From assembly GCA_036481135.1 (NCBI GenBank), contig JAZGHN010000037.1, positions 1-39,862 of the forward strand: a DNA stretch of 39,862 bases, in the 5' to 3' direction. Positions 36,226 through 39,862 of the stretch are shown here, piece after piece (positions within the stretch are counted from its first letter, which is position 1; each line of letters begins with the position of its first letter). Below the pieces are notes generated by a model that was not told where the DNA came from, made no database searches, and saw nothing but the letters and a program-made list of their open reading frames with translations. Both the position numbers and the translations under genes were made by a program. The stretch comes from Dehalococcoidales bacterium. Its GTDB lineage: Bacteria; Chloroflexota; Dehalococcoidia; Dehalococcoidales; E44-bin46.

Positions 36226-36302
36226 GGGCGGTTAGCTCAGATGGTTAGAGCACCTGCTTTACACGCAGGGGGTCAGAGGTTCAAGTCCTCTACCGCCCAC
36301 CA
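36226..36302 (+). tRNA. tRNA-Val(TAC)
   Basis: Acceptor GGGCGGT/ACCGCCC, anticodon loop TTTACAC, T-loop TTCAAGT, encoded CCA. Confidence 0.9.
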
Positions 36303-36400
36303 TAGATATGATTTGTGCGCTATATCATCCCTTTGGCTATTCCCAAACAATTGTTGTACTATAAATAATAAAGGACTGTTCTTTTTGATGGGAGGATCTT

Positions 36401-37366
36401 GTGGGGCTTAAAGGCAGGATGTTCCTGTTAATCGCCCTTCTCTTCGCCATCCTTTACGGCGTGGTCACCGGCGTAGGTACCTGGATGGGGGCTGGAAGCG
36501 CCGTGTTCTATATCATTCTGGCTTTCGGCTTCCTTGGTGTCCAGTACCTGGTTGGCCCCGCTATAGTTGCCCGTATAATGAGGGTGAAATGGGTTTCAGA
36601 AAAAGAGGCGCCGCAGCTACACCAAATGGTGACTAAGCTGGCCAAGAAAGCACATGTTCCCAAGCCCAAGGTCGGTATTTCACAATTAGCTATGCCTAAC
36701 GCCTTTGCCTTCGGTCGGACACAGAAGGGCGGGCGAGTCTGTGTTACTCGAGGTATCCTGAACCTGTTGGACAAGGACGAACTCAGGGCTGTCCTCGGAC
36801 ACGAGATATCTCATCTCAAGAACCGTGACATGGTAATCATCACCCTGCTTTCGGGCGTACCGCTGGTGATGTACTGGATTGCCTGGGGTCTCATGCTGGG
36901 AGGGGCTTTTGGAGGTCGCCGGCAGGGAGGTGGTTATGCCGCCCTAATCGGACTCGGTGCCTTTCTCCTCTACTTTCTCACCAATCTCCTGGTGCTCTAC
37001 GGTTCCAGGCTGCGTGAGTACTCCGCCGACCTGGGCAGTGTTAAGCTGGGAAGCATGCCTCACCATCTTGCCTCGGCATTATATAAGCTGGTCTATGGAA
37101 ACGCCCGCTTGAGAGGTAGTGAGGAACTCAAGCGAGTTGAGGCAGTTAAAGCCTTCTTCCTCAATGACCCCTCCCGAGCATGGTATGAGATCAGAGAGCT
37201 ATCCGAGATTGACCGGGATATGAGCGGTACCATCGACTACGACGAACTTATGGAAGTACGTCAAAAGAAGATACGGTTGACCAGAGCTGCCAAGATGATG
37301 GAGCTCTTTAGCAGTCACCCTAATACCCTTAAGAGAATAAAGCACCTATCTACCCTTGGTGTTTAA
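36401..37366 (+). CDS. htpX: M48-family zinc metalloprotease HtpX
   Basis: HEISHLKNRD (HExxH) motif with four predicted TM segments. 321 aa, GTG start. Confidence 0.85.
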   Translation: MGLKGRMFLLIALLFAILYGVVTGVGTWMGAGSAVFYIILAFGFLGVQYLVGPAIVARIMRVKWVSEKEAPQLHQMVTKLAKKAHVPKPKVGISQLAMPNAFAFGRTQKGGRVCVTRGILNLLDKDELRAVLGHEISHLKNRDMVIITLLSGVPLVMYWIAWGLMLGGAFGGRRQGGGYAALIGLGAFLLYFLTNLLVLYGSRLREYSADLGSVKLGSMPHHLASALYKLVYGNARLRGSEELKRVEAVKAFFLNDPSRAWYEIRELSEIDRDMSGTIDYDELMEVRQKKIRLTRAAKMMELFSSHPNTLKRIKHLSTLGV

Positions 37367-37411
37367 TGCCCATCCAGTCGAAATCTGCTAAAATAGACCT
37401 GGAGAACGAGG

Positions 37412-38890
37412 TTGGCAGTAAGGAAAGAGCGAGTCTACTATAGGACAATCCGCCGGGTGGTGTCGCGAATCAGCCCTGATACACCACTGAAAGAGGTCAT
37501 GCTCCCCATCATTCGTGGCACAGCTAGGGCAATGAAAGCTGGTGCCTCACTGGTAATGCTCGACTCCACAGGTAAGAAGCTGGTCCACACCTATTCATGG
37601 GATTTGCCCCAGTCCTACATACGAAAGGGGCTGCTCGATGCCGATAAGAGCCTGGCCGAAGCAGTCACTGGGCAGCCCGTGGCCATCGCCGATGTAGAGC
37701 ATGACAGCCGTGTCCAGTACCCAGAGTTGGCAGCCAAAGCTGGCATTGTCTCCATGCTGGGTGTGCCACTGGTAGTCGGTGACACAGTGGTGGGCAGTCT
37801 CAGGGTTTACGCTAAGGAGCCCACTGAATTCACTAACCAAGATATCAACTTTGTCTCCACCATGGCTCACCTAGCCGCTGTAGCTCTGCGGTGGGATGCA
37901 GTGCGTCAGGAAACAGACAAGGCACAGGAGGCAAAGAGGAGAGTTGCAGCTGATGTGACAGCCCTGCGCCAAGTCCGGACGGCAAACTTCGCCCATCCCA
38001 GCGAGGAGGAGTTCGCCCACATATTGGATTTCTATAACATAGAGTGGGTCTATGAACCCCACTCCTTCCCTCTGAGATGGGAGGGTGACAGGGTAACAGA
38101 GATGTTCACTCCCGATTTTTATCTGGCAGGACTTGACCTCTATGTAGAGCTTACCACTCTCAAGCAGAGCCTGGTCACCGAGAAAAATCGCAAGCTACGG
38201 CGCCTCAGGGAGCTATACCCCGAAATTAAGATAACCCTGCTTTACAAGAGGGATTTCGACCGCCTGCTGGCAAAGTATGGTTATGGTCCGCTGGCCCAAA
38301 CCCGAGGTCGTGGCGTCAATCAGGTACTATATTCTAGCGCAGAAATTAATCGTCGGGTGCAAGAGCTAGCGGAGCAACTATCTAAGGACTATGCTGGTCG
38401 TCACCCTGTCATGGTAGGTGTGCTGAGGGGCGTTTTTTGCTTCATGGCTGACCTGTTTCGCCAGATAACCATCCCCCTTGAACTAAGCTTCATGGCTATA
38501 TCCTACTACGGCGGTGAGGGTAGCGACGTGGTTAAGATCACTAAGGACTTAGACATAAATGTGGCTGGGCGGCACGTGGTTATGGTAGAGGACATCGTTG
38601 ACACTGGCTTGACGCTGAGCTATGTCATGAACCATATCATGGCTAAAGGGGTAGCTAGCATCGCGGTCTGCACCCTACTGGACAAGCGGGCACGCCGCAT
38701 AGTCGATGTACCCCTTCGCTACATTGGCTTCAAGGTGCCAGATGAGTTTGTGGTGGGCTATGGGTTGGACTACAGGGAGGAGTACCGGAATTTACCCTTT
38801 ATCGGTATTCTCAAGCCAAGCGAGCCAGAGACAAAAAAGGAGCGTTCGAAAGCTCGAACGCCGAAGACCAATAAAAAACGCTCCAGGTAA
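37412..38890 (+). CDS. hpt: Fusion protein: N-terminal GAF domain, central domain of unknown function, C-terminal hypoxanthine phosphoribosyltransferase
   Basis: Residues ~310-480 are a canonical HPRT (VMVGVLRGVFCFMADL, PRPP loop VVMVEDIVDTGLTLS, VVGYGLDY.E.YRNLPFIG). Residues ~20-165 are GAF-like (GIVSMLGVPLVVGDTVVGSLRVY). The middle ~110 aa contain a TPDFYL...YVEL motif. Lys-rich tail. TTG start. Confidence 0.8.
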   Translation: MAVRKERVYYRTIRRVVSRISPDTPLKEVMLPIIRGTARAMKAGASLVMLDSTGKKLVHTYSWDLPQSYIRKGLLDADKSLAEAVTGQPVAIADVEHDSRVQYPELAAKAGIVSMLGVPLVVGDTVVGSLRVYAKEPTEFTNQDINFVSTMAHLAAVALRWDAVRQETDKAQEAKRRVAADVTALRQVRTANFAHPSEEEFAHILDFYNIEWVYEPHSFPLRWEGDRVTEMFTPDFYLAGLDLYVELTTLKQSLVTEKNRKLRRLRELYPEIKITLLYKRDFDRLLAKYGYGPLAQTRGRGVNQVLYSSAEINRRVQELAEQLSKDYAGRHPVMVGVLRGVFCFMADLFRQITIPLELSFMAISYYGGEGSDVVKITKDLDINVAGRHVVMVEDIVDTGLTLSYVMNHIMAKGVASIAVCTLLDKRARRIVDVPLRYIGFKVPDEFVVGYGLDYREEYRNLPFIGILKPSEPETKKERSKARTPKTNKKRSR

Positions 38891-39215
38891 CCTTTGCTTC
38901 CCCGGACCCCCTGCCTCCAACACTCCCTTTCAGTTTAACCTTACTCGGCCAGTCCTTCAGCAGTCTGTCCTGATTGCTTCAGTTACCCGGAGCGCGCCAA
39001 GTATGGCACAGCCGCCACTAGTTGTCAAGGCAATTGGTGTCGCTTTATGCAGGGATAGAGATGTTGGGGGTTGAAAAAATGATGGCAACACCCAAAAGAT
39101 CTTTTTGTTTTGTAACTTTTTTGACCACTTTCCCTAGACGCTGTGGTCTTTCAAGGCGGTGTTGGAGTTTGGCGGTGAGCGTCGATTTAGGTAGAATATA
39201 TCGGACGAAATATTA

Positions 39216-39270
39216 TGGTGGAGCTGGGGGGATTCGAACCCCCTACCTTTTGACTGCCAGTCTCGACTGA
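39216..39270 (-). pseudogene. ssrA: Truncated 3' end of tmRNA (ssrA): T-arm plus acceptor 3' strand plus CCA only
   Basis: The minus strand reads ...GTCGAGACTGGCAGTCAAAAGGTA-GGGGG-TTCGAAT-CCCCC-CAGCTCC-A-CCA. CAGCTCCACCA is the conserved tmRNA 3' terminus, which pairs with 5' GGGGCTG including G3:U70. No CAGCCCC (the 5' end) occurs anywhere downstream in the window. Confidence 0.65.
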
Positions 39271-39862
39271 GCTTATTTTTATCATTTTAACCTCCTATAG
39301 AGTTCAATTTCAGCTTAGATTGGATGTCTGGCTAATACCCCTAGCGGTGAGTATATTAATAATTGTCTCTTCATTAATGTATTGACACCAAGCTAGAAAA
39401 AGAGTAAAAAGAATCCAAGACAACTCAATATCTGAATAAACATTGGGAGAATAAAATGCCTTGGAAACAACAAAGGAGGAACTAGATAATGGCTAAAAAA
39501 AGGAGAGCTCCCTTAGTTCTTGCTGCCTTGGGTTTAGCGATGGCAATAATGGGTATGGTTGTTGAAGAATTTCATCTTTTGGAATTGGAAGGGACAGTGT
39601 CGTATATTACGTTTGGATTGTTATTTATTGCCATCGCCGCAATACTGATGTTACGAGAAGCCCGCAAATAGTTAATAAAATATCAATTCCTTTTAGTTCA
39701 TATCAAGGCATTTCATAGTCTTCTACTTCCAGTCTAACGTATCAGCCTATCCACAGGTGACGCTATTTATCCCTTTAACAACAATAGATTCTGATAGACA
39801 TATTCCCCATGCGATAGATTACCTTCATCCTTAATTCTGTTGTCAGATTCCTCGGTAATAAC
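39271..39862. mobile_element. Probable edge of a genomic island integrated at ssrA (AT-rich, extends beyond the window)
   Basis: Base composition becomes visibly AT-rich directly after the tmRNA fragment. No integrase is visible in the ~600 nt available. Confidence 0.35.
39489..39671 (+). CDS. Hypothetical small membrane protein (60 aa, two TM helices)
   Basis: AAGGAGG SD 7 nt upstream of the ATG. Hydrophobic segments LVLAALGLAMAIMGMVV and ITFGLLFIAIAAILML. No recognisable family. Confidence 0.3.
   Translation: MAKKRRAPLVLAALGLAMAIMGMVVEEFHLLELEGTVSYITFGLLFIAIAAILMLREARK

Noticed and set aside
39022-39270. 82-aa ORF ending in GGAGGIRTPYLLTASLD
   Set aside because: Its 3' part is the antisense reading of the tmRNA T-arm/acceptor fragment. 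It has no SD.

Overview
The window looks like a bacterial chromosome segment, about 50% GC. The gene content is reminiscent of Chloroflexota/Dehalococcoidia, but I cannot verify that here.

The left 16.6 kb is housekeeping: asd, dapA, purA, an inositol-phospholipid trio, mannosylglycerate genes, truB, rbfA, infB, ylxR, nusA, secG, gatB and glnA.

Two accessory modules follow, separated and flanked by tRNA clusters.

(1) 17263-26384 is a ten-gene, translationally coupled operon. It starts with a tungsten-type aldehyde:ferredoxin oxidoreductase and contains a minimal type II PKS (KS-alpha, a non-canonical KS-beta/CLF and ACP). It also encodes two cyclase-type proteins, an SDR ketoreductase and an amidohydrolase_2 decarboxylase-like enzyme.

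(2) 26916-35863 is a complete pyrrolysine cassette: split pylSc/pylSn, pylB, pylC, pylD, and a pylT gene (CUA anticodon) that I located by hand. It is interleaved with a corrinoid protein, a pterin-binding methyltransferase, a MetH-activation-like protein and a RACE-type corrinoid activator. No TAG-interrupted methyltransferase gene is present in the window.

The right end carries htpX, a GAF-HPRT fusion, and a truncated tmRNA 3' end abutting AT-rich DNA, which is probably the edge of an ssrA-integrated island.

Nine tRNA genes are present, all with encoded CCA. All calls come from by-eye motif reading; no database search was possible.
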